A stretch of DNA of 64,000 nt, taken from the NCBI RefSeq assembly GCF_046119375.1, contig NW_027362786.1, positions 14,632,001 to 14,696,000 on the forward strand, given 5' to 3'. Under the pieces are notes generated by a model that was not told the origin of the DNA, did not search any database, and saw only the letters and a list, made by a program, of their open reading frames with translations. The position numbers and the translations under genes were made by a program. Below, in pieces: positions 1 to 11,846 of the stretch. This DNA is from Phyllobates terribilis (lineage: Eukaryota). Every line of letters begins with the position of its first letter. Positions within the stretch are counted from its first letter, which is position 1.

Positions 1-3000
1 TGTATATATAATGTACTGATAATACAGGGGTGTACTCACTTATGCTGAGAGCTGTATATATAATGTACTGATAATACAATGGGTGTACTCACTTATGTTG
101 AGCGCTGTATATATAATGTACTGATAATACAGGGGTGTACTCACTTATGCAGAGCACTGTATATATAATGTACTGATAATACAGGGGTGTACTCAGTTAT
201 GCTGAGCACTGTATATATAATGTACTGATAATAACAGTGGTGTACTCACTTATGCTGAGCCCTGTATATATAATGCACTGATAATACAGTGGTGTACTCA
301 CTTATGCTGAGCCCTATATATATATAATGTACTGATAATACAGGGGTGTACTCACTTATGCTGAGCCCTGTATATATAATGTACTGATAATACAGGGGTG
401 TACACACTTATACTGAGCCCTGTATATATTATGTACTGATAATACAGGGGGTGTACTCACTTATGCAGAGCACTGTATATATAATGTACTGATAATACAG
501 GGGTGTACTCACTTATGCTGAGCCCTGTATATATAATGTACTGATAATACAGGGGTGTACTCACTTATGCTGAGCACTGTATATATAATGTACTGAGAAT
601 ACAGGGGTGTACTCACTTATGCTGAGCCCTGTATATATAATGTACTGATAATACAGGGGTGTACACACTTATACTGAGCCCTGTATATATTATGTACTGA
701 TAATACAGGGGTGTACTCACTAATGCTGAGCCCTGTATATATAATGTACTGATAATACAGGGGTGTACTCACTTATGCTGAGCCCTGTATATATAATGTA
801 CTGATAATACAGGGGTGTACACACTTATACTGAGCCCTGTATATATTATGTACTGATAATACAGGGGGTGTACTCACTTATACTGAGCACTGTATATATA
901 ATGTACTGATAATACAGGGGGTGTACTCACTTATACTGAGCACTGTATATATAATGTACTGATAATACAATGGGTGTACTCACTTATGCAGAGCACTGTA
1001 TATATAATGTACTGATAATACAATGGGTGTACTCACTTATGCAGAGCACTGTATATATAATGTACTGATAATACAGGGGTGTACTCACTTATACTGAGCG
1101 CTGTATATATAATGTACTGATAATACAGGGGTGTACTCTGTTATACTGAGCGCTGTATATATAATGAACTGATAATACAGGGGTGTACTCACTTATGCTA
1201 AGCACTGTATATATAATGTACTGATAATACAGGGGTGTACTCACTTATGCTAAGCACTGTATATATAATGTACTGATAATACAGGGGGTGTACTCACTTA
1301 TACTGAGCTCTGTATATATAATGTACTGAGAATACAGGAGTGTACTCAGTTATGTTGAGCGCTGTATATATAATGTACTGATAATACAGGGGTGTACTCA
1401 CTTATGCTAAGCGCTGTATATATAATGTACTGATAATACAGGGGGTGTACTCACTTATGCTGAGCCCTATATATAATGTACTGATAATACAGGAGTGTAC
1501 TCACTTATGCTGAGCACTGTATATATAATGTACTGAGAATACAGGGGTGTACTCACTTATGCTGAGCACTGTATATATAATGTACTGATAATACAGGGGG
1601 TGTACTCACTTATGCTGAGCCCTGTATATATAATGTACTGATAATACAGGGTGTACTTACTTATGCTGAGCGCTGTATATATAATGTACTGATAATACGG
1701 GGGGTGTACTCACTTATGCAGAGCGCTGTATATATAATGTACTGATAATACAGAGGTGTACTCACTTATGCAGAGCGCTGTATATATAATGTACTGAGAA
1801 TACAGGAGTGTACTCACTTATGCTGAGTCCTGTATATATAATGTACTGATAATACAGGGGGTGTACTCACTTATGCTGAGCCCTGTATATATAATGTACT
1901 GACAATACAGGGGTGTATTCACTTATGGTGAGCCCTGTATATATAATGTACTGATAATACAGGGTGTACTCACTTATACTGAGTCCTGTATATATAATGT
2001 ACTGATAATACAGGGGTGTACTCACTTATGCTGAGCCTTGTATATATAATGTACTGATAATACAGGTGGTGTACTCAGTTATGTTGAGCGCTGTATATAT
2101 AATGTACTGATAATACAGGGGTGTACTCACTTATGCTAAGCGCTGTATATATAATGTACTGATAATACAGGGGTGTACTCACTTATACTGAGCACTGTAT
2201 ATATAATGTACTGAAAATACAGGGGATGTACTCACTTATACTGAGCACTGTATATATAATGTACTGATAATACAGGGGTGTACTCACTTATGCTGAGCAC
2301 TGTATATATAATGTACTGAGAATACAGGGGTGTACTCACTTATGCTGAGCCCTATATATAATGTACAGATAATACAGGGGGTGCACTCAGTTATGTTGAG
2401 CGCTGTATATATAATGTACTGATAATACAGGGGTGTACTCACTTATGCTGAGCCCTGTATATATACGGTTCTGATAATACAGGGGGTGTACTCACTTATG
2501 CTGAGCTATGCATATATAATGAACTGATAATACAGGGGTGTACTCACTTATGCTGAGCGCTGTATATATAATATACTGATAATACAGGGGTGTACTCACT
2601 TATGCTGAGTGCTGTATATATAATGTACTGATAATACAGGGGTGTACTCACTTATGCTGAGCTATGCATATATAATGTACTGATAATACAATGGGTGTAC
2701 TCACTTATGTTGAGCGCTGTATATATAATACACTGATAATACAGGGGTGTACTCACTTATGCTGAGCCCTGTATATATAATGTACTGATAATACAGGGGT
2801 GTACTCACTTATGCTGAGCCCTGTATATATAATGTACTGATAATACAGGGGTGTACTCACTTATGCTGAGCACTGTATATATAATATACTGAGAATACAG
2901 GGGTGTACTCACTTATGCTGAGCCCTATATATAATGTACTGATAATACAGGGGGTGTACTCACTTATGCTGAGCCCTATATATAATGTACTGATAATACA

Positions 3001-3584
3001 GGAGTGTACTCAGTTATGTTGAGCGCTGTATATATAATGTACTGATAATACAGGGGTGTACTCACTTATGCTAAGCGCTGTATATATAATGTACTGATAA
3101 TACAGGGGTGTACTCACTTATGCTGAGCCCTGTATATATAATGTACTGATAATACAGGGGTGTACTCACTTATACTGAGCACTGTATATATAATGTACTG
3201 ATAATACAGGGGATGTACTCACTTATACTGAGCACTGTATATATAATGTACTGATAATACAGGGGATGTACTCACTTATACTGAGCACTGTATATATAAT
3301 GTACTGATAATACAGGGGTGTACTCACTTATGCTGAGCACTGTATATATAATGTACTGAGAATACAGGGGTGTACTCACTTATGCTGAGCCCTATATATA
3401 ATGTACAGATAATACAGGGGGTGCACTCAGTTATGTTGAGCGCTGTATATATAATGTACTGATAATACAGGGGTGTACTCACTTATGCTGAGCGCTGTAT
3501 ATATAATGTACTGATAATACAGGGGTGTACTCACTTATGCTGAGCCCTGTATATATACGGTTCTGATAATACAGGGGGTGTACT
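1..3584. repeat. 52-bp tandem satellite/minisatellite (~69 units), left part
   Basis: Unit ctgtatatataatgtactgataatacaggggtgtactcacttatgctgagc(a/c/g) recurs with period 52 (e.g. positions 1 and 53). The array continues off the left edge. Confidence 0.98.
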
Positions 3585-4561
3585 TGTGGCACCCCAGGGG
3601 TCTGGTTTCCACAGTAATGCAATATTATGTCTGAGAGCAGGTGGGAGGTCTCTTGGTCAGGAATCCTATGCATGCCACACCTCCTGCCCAGTCCTGGGAG
3701 GGGAAGAACTTCCCCTATATAAACCGGGGGCTGAGGCAGGGTTAGAGAGAAAGAGTAGAGAACAAGAAGAGAAGCAGCTATAGGAAGAAACAACAGGAGC
3801 TCTGTGGGAGCAGTGCTACAAGGAGTCAGGGGCTGGCAGCTGCAGAGCTCGCCCTGACTGAGAAGTTATCACCGGACCCGGAGTCCGAGGCTGTGGGGAC
3901 TAACCCTTACCCAGCAGCAGAAACCGACCGGCAGGGGATTTCAAGTCCTCTGGCCCAGAAACCCGAAGGCACGGTCACACGCGTGGGACCAGCACCGCCG
4001 TCGTGGAGCGGAAGCCATTAGAAGGCCCCGAGTCACCGGCCATACGGGTGAGCACCACACGGTACACTCAGGGACGTGGGCTACTTTTACCCGCCTCTAG
4101 CAAGGTAGCCAGAAGAGTACAGTTAGTTGGGAAGGCCTACAACTCTGCCTGGCCAGGGGAGTTCCCATCTGCTCAAGGACTGACCAGGCCCCGATCGCTA
4201 GCAAGTACTCCGGGAGGGTCTATCTTTGTCACCAGTAAAGACCCTGAACTACACCGCATCGTCTCTGAGTGGTTCCTGCTACCCCCATCATCCACGTCGG
4301 CTGCCCTGAGGCCATACCCCTCCCGTTGGGGGTTATACCATCCACGCTGCACCATCCTTCCACCGGCCTCAGCGGTCTGCCCTGCAGCGGCAGCTCCATA
4401 GCTGCATTCAACGGGTGGCGTAGTCATCCAACATCTACTGCTAATACTAAGCCACACAGTTTGACACCCTGGGCACGGACCGGGTCACCGCCACAAGGAC
4501 TACTACCCCTGTCCATATCCGGCTCCGGGTATCCCCTGAACATGGCCCAGGGGGCGCGTCA
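3585..4561 (+). repeat. 5' LTR (977 bp)
   Basis: Direct repeat of 10434-11410 with 3 substitutions noticed by eye; TATATAAA at 3716-3723; AGTAAA putative poly(A) signal at 4234-4239. Confidence 0.97.
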
Positions 4562-4566
4562 ACTTT

Positions 4567-4584
4567 TGGCGTAGTCGGCAGGAT
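4567..4584 (+). promoter_or_regulatory. Primer-binding site complementary to tRNA-Ser 3' end
   Basis: TGGCGTAGTCGGCAGGAT, 5 nt after the LTR, is the reverse complement of the vertebrate tRNA-Ser(AGA/TGA) 3' end ATCCTGCCGACTACGCCA (recalled sequence). Confidence 0.9.
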
Positions 4585-4990
4585 TTCGTGCCCGCAACCA
4601 CCGGGTACTGCGTGCCTGAAAAAGACTGTTCAAACTTACCAGTGGTGAAGATTCCCGCCATCTGTGAAGATTCCCGCCATCCGTGGAGTTTTCCCGCCAT
4701 CCGGCGCCATCTTCTGCCTTCTTCCCGCCATCCGTGGAGTTTTCCCGCCATTCGGCGCCATCTTAAAGACGCCGCGCGGGAAGAAGAGGGGCGTGGACTC
4801 CGAAAGCGCGCGAGAACTGAAGCCCCGCCTCACGTCCGGACGTTGCGTAAGGTCCTGGAAGGAGCCCAGCAGACGCCGACGTCACAGGAGCGCGACGGAA
4901 GGTCCTCAACCCTGACGATCCACTGCGGAGCCGCGGCCTACGGAAGAGGATCATCGCAAGGTAGGCCACGGTCCACTAGGGGGGAGGAAG

Positions 4991-5971
4991 ATGTCGGATA
5001 CGGAGGAGAGCTTCACTGCCTCAACCCCCGCCAGCGCCACCGCTGCTGCAGTCATGCCTTTCACCATGCCCTATATCCCGGGAGCAGCCTGGCTACCCCA
5101 GTACTCAGGGGAGTCACATACCCTGAATGACTTTAGAGAAAAGCTGGATAGCCTCTTCCAGGTGTACCCCCTCACAGAAGAGCAAAAAGTGAGCATCCTG
5201 GTGGCCCAACTAACCGGGGCAGCCCAAAGGGAGGTAAAGTCCTGGCCACCTGGGAGGAGGACTGTCGCAGGGATACTAACCCGGCTGAAGGACACCTTTG
5301 ATACCCGCACCTCAGCCGAGATTAAGCTTAGATTCTACGGGTGCAAGCAGCGAGCCCATGAGAGTATAAGGGACTATGCACTAAACCTACAAGAGGCCCT
5401 GAGAGCCATTAAGCAGACCGACCCTGACAGCGTGGGAAACGAGGACAGGCTGTTGACCGAACAATTTATAGAGGGACTATATTGCAATGTCCACCGAACC
5501 CAGTTGCGGGCCATAGCCTTACAGGATCCTCATCTAGACTTTGCACAGTTCAAGGGCAGAGCCATCCGGGTGCTCCGAGAACCGGCACCGGGTGGCGTTG
5601 TGGCCCACAGGCGCCCTGCTACCGCTTACCACCAGGAGGCGGCGCCCTTGTCGGCAGGGCCTGTGGGAGCTGATGCGCAGGCTTTGAACAATGACCCGGC
5701 TCCAGACCTGCACCATCAGGTCCAAGAGCTAGCTAAAAGCGTTGCTGCGCTAACCCGAACTGTGCAGTCTTTACAGGTTTCCACTCCGGGGAAGATCCAG
5801 CTGGCATCCGGACCGGAGGACATCCCGTGGCGTAGACCAAGGAGGACCCCACCGGCCAGAGGAAGACCCAGCGACCGATACAACGAGGACGGACAACCCA
5901 TCTGCCGCCGCTGCAATCAACCCGGACATATGGCAAGGTACTGTCCTTTAAACTGGCACAACCTGGGGTAG
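4991..5971 (+). CDS. gag: Gag (capsid plus CCHC zinc knuckle), 326 aa
   Basis: Intact ORF after the PBS; C-terminal CRRCNQPGHMARYC (CX2CX4HX4C). Confidence 0.93.
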   Translation: MSDTEESFTASTPASATAAAVMPFTMPYIPGAAWLPQYSGESHTLNDFREKLDSLFQVYPLTEEQKVSILVAQLTGAAQREVKSWPPGRRTVAGILTRLKDTFDTRTSAEIKLRFYGCKQRAHESIRDYALNLQEALRAIKQTDPDSVGNEDRLLTEQFIEGLYCNVHRTQLRAIALQDPHLDFAQFKGRAIRVLREPAPGGVVAHRRPATAYHQEAAPLSAGPVGADAQALNNDPAPDLHHQVQELAKSVAALTRTVQSLQVSTPGKIQLASGPEDIPWRRPRRTPPARGRPSDRYNEDGQPICRRCNQPGHMARYCPLNWHNLG

Positions 5972-6005
5972 AGGGCCAACCCCCAGGAAAAAGATCACCA
6001 GGCCC
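5947..6005 (+). promoter_or_regulatory. -1 ribosomal frameshift signal (slippery TTTAAAC plus predicted H-type pseudoknot)
   Basis: T TTA AAC in gag phase at 5947-5953; the -1 frame is open into pol; stems CCTGGGG/CCCCAGG and GGGCC/GGCCC lie downstream. Confidence 0.8.
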
Positions 6006-9000
6006 ATCGAACTGGCGCGACAAATATGTGGGAGGACGTCCAGTCTTGCCTGTGGTACTGGATGGCATCCCTATGAGTGCCCTACTGGACACCGGGTCAC
6101 AGGTCACCACCATCCCGTACGTGCTCTTCAAGCAGTACTGGAATGACTCGGATATCACCCGCTACCCAGACGACGACTTGAGTATCATCGCCAGCAATGG
6201 TCAACCCGTGCCACAGATCGGATTTAAAGAGATGACCATTAAAATCGGTAGAGTCGAACTGGCAGCACAGGGACTGATCATTGTAGACATTGACAAGCGC
6301 GAGAGTCACCCAAAGATAACTCTAGGGACTAATGTGATTGAAAATTGTCTTGCAGAGGTGATTTTCATTTTACAGCAGGTTGCCAAAAACGCCAGCTCCG
6401 GCCAGCAGCGAGTGCTCCAGAAAGAGATCCGGGCACTGATGCGACGGCAACAGGTGGAACTCTCCGGTGGTGAGATTGGTAGCGTAAGAATGTGTGACCC
6501 TTTCCCTATTGCCATGCCCCCGAAAAGTGAAATGATGATTTGGTGCCGGGCAGCTATTGGTCTGAGAGGTAGAGATTACCAGGCCATGGTAGAACCAGTC
6601 TACTCAGACAGTAGGCCCACCATTTTGACAGCCCGGGGGGTAGTTGATGTACGCCATGGGAGGGTGCCCGTTCGCATAATAAATATTGGGAAAAGGGAAG
6701 TATACCTGCCCCGGTATGCTACGCTAGCCAAATTATATACTATCAACCAAAATTCTATACAGTCTGTGGAACCCTTGCCTCCATCTCACCCGGAGGAAGG
6801 TAACGGCTCTAAGAAAATAATGGAGGATTGGTGTCAGCAACTACATTTGGGTACTGACTCCACTCCCTCCCACCAGAAACAGGGAGTCTACCGGGTGGTT
6901 CAAGAGTACGAGAGAGTGTTTAGTAAACACCCGTTAGACTTCGGGCGAGTCAAGGGGGTAGAACACCACATCCCCACGGGAGACCATCCTCCCATAAAAG
7001 AGAGGTATCGACCCGTACCTCCTGCACACTACCAACACGCCAAGGGGATGCTTAGAGACATGAAGGAGGCTGGGGTAATCAGGGATAGCTGTAGCCCCTG
7101 GGCAGCTCCACTAGTCTTGGTCAAAAAGAAAGACAACACCATGAGAATGTGTTTAGATTACCGGAAAATTAACCGTATCACACACAAAGATGCGTACCCC
7201 TTACCAAGAATAGAGGAGTCGTTGGCTGCTTTAAAATCTGCTAACTTCTTCTCCACCTTGGATCTCACTAGCGGGTACTGGCAGGTTCCTGTAGCAGAGG
7301 CGGACCGGGAGAAGACTGCATTCACCACCCCGATGGGACTTAGCGAGTTTACCTGCATGCCGTTCGGACTCTGCAATGCACCAGGAACCTTCCAACGATT
7401 AATGGAGTGCTGTCTGGGACACAGAAACTTCGAGACGGTCCTGTTGTACCTGGACGATGTCATCGTATATTCCAAGACTTATGAGGACCACCTGAAACAT
7501 CTGGCGGAAGTGTTCGAAGCTCTGGCAAGTTACGGCCTAAAGGTGAAACCCTCCAAGTGTCACCTCCTGAAGCCAAAGGTGCAGTACCTGGGACACGTGG
7601 TGAGTGCTGACGGAGTGGCTCCCGACCCTGATAAGATCACCGCAATTAAGGAATGGCCAAGCCCCTCCAGCGTAAAAGAAGTGCGGCAGTTCTATAGGCT
7701 ACTACCGAAGGTTTATTCCCGGTTTCACCAAAAAGGCAGCTCCTATGCAGGACCTCCTGATAGGCCAGTCCAGGAAGGCCAAGAACCAGAAGCCACCCTT
7801 CAGATGGGAGAAGCCGGAAGAAGAGTCCTTCCGCCAGCTGAAGATGGCCCTCACGGGGGATGAAATCCTGGCGTACCCTGATTATAGCCAGCCCTTTATC
7901 CTCTACACCGACGCCAGTAACATCGGGCTAGGAGCCGTACTGTCCCAGATCCAGCAGGGGAAAGAACGGGTAATTGCTTACGCTAGCCGAAAACTGTGAC
8001 CCACCGAAAGAAACCCTGAGAATTACAGCTCATTTAAGCTAGAGTTCCTGGCAGTGGTGTGGGCAGTCACCGAACGCTTTAAGCACTACCTCGCTTCTTC
8101 CCGGTTCACCGTGTACACGGATAACAACCCGTTGACACACCTGGACACAGCAAGACTCGGTGCCCTAGAGCAGAGATGGATGGCCCGCTTGTCCAACTAT
8201 GAGTTCACCATCAAATACCGGGCAGGACGCTCCAATACCAACGCGGACGCCCTGTCCAGGATGCCAAATCTACCGGACGTAGGGGAAGATTCAGAGGGAC
8301 TGGAAGAAGTTGAACTCCCCGCATTCCACCGTCATGGGACTATCCAGTATTCCCACCGTGTAAGGAGTAAATCCGCTACGTTCAACCCCTTACCCCATTA
8401 TAACTGGGTGGAGACGCAAGACAGTGACCCTGCCGTCCGACTGGTAAAGGAGATGCTGACTCGGCCAGATGCACGCCTTGACTCAGACGCTCCGGAGGAA
8501 GCCAAGCAACTGTGGGCTGAGAAGAGTCGTCTGTTCCTTTACAAGGGGAAGTTATGCCGCAGAGTGGTTAACTCCCGGACGCATGAACTAATCTGGCAAG
8601 TAGTGGTGCCAAGAAGAGACGCAGCTATGGTGATGGAGGCATACCACGACGGAGCTGGGCACTTCGGATGGAAGAAGCTGGAGTTCCTGCTGCGCGGGCG
8701 GTTCCATTGGGTAGGCATGAGAGGAACCATCGAGAGGTGGTGCAGAGACTGTGGCCCGTGCAACCTAAGAAGGAAGGACCGTGCCAGCCAGAAGGCTCCC
8801 CTGCAGTCCATCGTCACCCGGCAGCCGTTGGAACTGGTAGCCTTGGATCATGTAAAACTGACCCCAAGCAGAAGTGGCTACGTCTATGCGCTGACCATCG
8901 TGGATCACTACTCCCGGTTCTTGGTTGTCGTCCCCGTCAAGGACTTAACAGCTCAAACAGCAGCTAGAGCCTTCCAGCAGCATTTCTGCCGTCCACACGG

Positions 9001-10072
9001 GTACCCGGACCAAGTGTTGACGGACCAGGGACCTGCCTTTGAAGCGGAGGTCTTCCAAGAATTCTGCACTCTGTATGGCTGCCGGAAGATAAGGACGACA
9101 CCCTATCATCCGCAAACTAATGGACTTTGTGAGAAAATGAACCAGGTGGTGATAGATCTTCTGAAAACATTGCCCCTGGAAGAACGCAGTCTGTGGCCCG
9201 AGAAGCTGCCCGACCTAGTGGACCTATACAACCACATCCCGGTAGGTTCCACCAACTGTACCCCGGCTTACCTGATGAGGGCAAGACCTGGTAAGCTACC
9301 TGTTGACCTGGAGATGGGAGTCCTGACACCCGAGGACACTTCACCAGAAACAGACTGGGACACAGAGAGGCAGCAGCAGTACCGGAAAGTACAGGAGAGC
9401 GTGGAGCGAAGTCTCTGTCAAGCTAGGGAAAGACAAGAGAAAATTTACAACCAATATGCTCCCGCTGTTCCCCTGGTGCCCGGAGAGCAGGTCTTGAAGC
9501 GGAAAAGACGGCTCCACAAGTTGGACGACCAGTGGGAGAAGGACCCGTACACCGTACTGCCCTCAAGCCACGAGAACCCGAAGGTCTGTACCATCAGCAA
9601 AGACGGAGGGGAAACCACAGCCATTGTTTCCCGGGATCACCTGAAGAAGTGTCCCGAACAGCTACGGGACCCTGAAGAGGAACAAGAAGACCCTCGACCC
9701 GTAGAGGAAAGGGAAGATATGGTTAGTACTGTGCTCGGAGACTTCCCTCGGTCTTGGACTCAAGTCAATGGCGCTGTTGTGGTACCCGTCCTCACGTTCC
9801 TCCAACCAGCATCCCAAGTGCCTACGGAGACACGGGTAGAGCTGGAAGAACAGCCGGCCCAGGAGGCAGAAGACCCCACACAAGCAGACCAGGAAAATCA
9901 ACCCTCTGCCTATAGTGAGCCTGCCATACCCCTAGTGAGCCAAAGAGTCCGTAGACGGCTGCCCAGTTTACCCTTGACAGCTCCTATACCCTGTAGCTCA
10001 GGACCAGTCAGCCAGCTCCGTAGGTCCACTAGGGTCACTAGAGGCCAGTTGCCCATACGGTGGAGGATCTAA
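5947..10072 (+). pseudogene. pol: Pol (protease, dUTPase-like insert, RT, RNase H, integrase), disrupted
   Basis: Motifs LLDTGS, YLDDVI, LYTDAS, GHFG..C..C, ALDH/LTDQG/LCE. Frameshifting deletion near 7693 (QF|IGYYRRFI) and in-frame TGA at 7997-7999. Confidence 0.95.
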
Positions 10073-10424
10073 ATGTTTAAGCTGTCTTATTAATGTTTAC
10101 CTGTTTATTGTTGCTTGTGTATAATTTTGTGTTTCTAGTTATTTATAGGAGTCTTTGGTGGATTTACCGGGAATCCTTTGTACATTTAATTGGAGCGTAA
10201 CCCAGGACGGACTAAAAGACTGCTAAGGACTCGGGGCAGGACAGACCCCTACCTGGTTACGTCTCCCTGTTTTGGTGAAATGGACACCTTTGTTTTCTTC
10301 AAAGACTGCACCCGGTTGCGGACACGCCGTGACCATCTTTATGTGTTTCCTTATTGTAATGTTATTGTTTATATCTTGTTATGTTTACAAAAGTATGTTT
10401 AGTCCCGGAGTACTAAATTTCACT

Positions 10425-10433
10425 AGGGGGGAA
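10425..10433 (+). promoter_or_regulatory. Polypurine tract
   Basis: AGGGGGGAA immediately before the 3' LTR TG. Confidence 0.85.
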
Positions 10434-11410
10434 TGTGGCACCCCAGGGGTCTGGTTTCCACAGTAATGCAATATTATGTCTGAGAGCAGGTGGGAGGTCT
10501 CTTGGTCAGGAATCCTATGCATGCCACACCTCCTGCCCAGTCCTGGGAGGGGAAGAACTTCCCCTATATAAACCGGGGGCTGAGGCAGGGTTAGAGAGAA
10601 AGAGTAGAGAACAAGAAGAGAAGCAGCTATAGGAAGAAACAACAGGAGCTCTGTGGGAGCAGTGCTACAAGGAGTCAGGGGCTGGCAGCTGCAGAGCTCG
10701 CCCTGACTGAGAAGTTATCACCGGACCCGGAGTCCGAGGCTGTGGGGACTAACCCTTACCCAGCAGCAGAAACCGACCGGCAGGGGATTTCAAGTCCTCT
10801 GGCCCAGAAACCCGAAGGCACGGTCACACGCGTGGGACCAGCACCGCCGTCGTGGAGCGGAAGCCATTAGAAGGCCCCGAGTCACCGGCCATACGGGTGA
10901 GCACCACACGGTACACTCAGGGACGTGGGCTACTTTTACCCGCCTCTAGCAAGGTAGCCAGAAGAGTACAGTTAGTTGGGAAGGCCTACAACTCTGCCTG
11001 GCCAGGGGAGTTCCCATCTGCTCAAGGACTGACCAGGCCCCGATCGCTAGCAAGTACTCTGGGAGGGTCTATCTTTGTCACCAGTAAAGACCCTGAACTA
11101 CACCGCATCGTCTCTGAGTGGTTCCTGCTACCCCCATCATCCACGTCGGCTGCCCTGAGGCCATACCCCTCCCGTTGGGGGTTATACCATCCACGCTGCA
11201 CCATCCTTCCACCGGCCTCAGCGGTCTGCCCTGCAGCGGCAGCTCCATAGCTGCATTCAACGGGTGGCGTAGTCATCCAACATCTACTGCTAATACTAAA
11301 CCACACAGTTTGACACCCTGGGCACGGACCGGGTCACCGCCACAAGGACTACTACCCCTGTCCAGATCCGGCTCCGGGTATCCCCTGAACATGGCCCAGG
11401 GGGCGCGTCA
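10434..11410 (+). repeat. 3' LTR (977 bp)
   Basis: Copy of 3585-4561, followed by TSD TACT and resumption of the satellite. Confidence 0.97.
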
Positions 11411-11846
11411 TACTCACCTATACTGAGCACTGTATATATAATGTACTGATAATACAGAGGTGTACTCACTTATGCTGAGCACTGTATATATAAAATGTAC
11501 TGATAATACAGGGGGTGTACTCACTTATGCTGAGCACTGTATATATAATGTACTGTTAATACAGGGGTGTACTCACTTATACTGAGCACTGTATATATAA
11601 TGTACTGATAATACAGGGGTGTACTTACTTATGCTGAGCACTGTATATATAATGTACTGAGAATACAGGGGGTGTACTCACTTATGCTGAGCACTGTATA
11701 TATAATGTACTGTTAATACAGGGGTGTACTCACTTATACTGAGCACTGTATATATAATGTACTGATAATACAGGGGTGTACTCACTTATGCTGAGCTCTG
11801 TATATATAATGTACTGATAATACAATGGGTGTACTCACTTATGCTG
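11411..11846. repeat. 52-bp satellite, right part (~8 units)
   Basis: Same unit as 1-3584, resuming in register after the TSD. Confidence 0.97.

Larger units (their letters stand above)
3585..11410 (+). mobile_element. Full-length Ty3/Gypsy LTR retrotransposon (gag-pol, no env), inserted in the satellite
   Basis: TG...CA LTRs at 3585-4561 and 10434-11410; 4-bp TSD TACT (3581-3584 / 11411-11414); PBS, PPT, gag and pol with order PR-RT-RH-IN. Confidence 0.98.

Noticed and set aside
1-3584. 52-bp array as a CRISPR array or a hammerhead-bearing satellite
   Set aside because: Units are contiguous with no unique spacers, and the context is eukaryotic. CTGATAA is not followed by GA and there is no GAAA, so no hammerhead core.
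10073-10433. env-like third ORF in the Gypsy element
   Set aside because: Only ~360 bp lies between the pol stop and the PPT; the short ORFs have no signal peptide or TM architecture.
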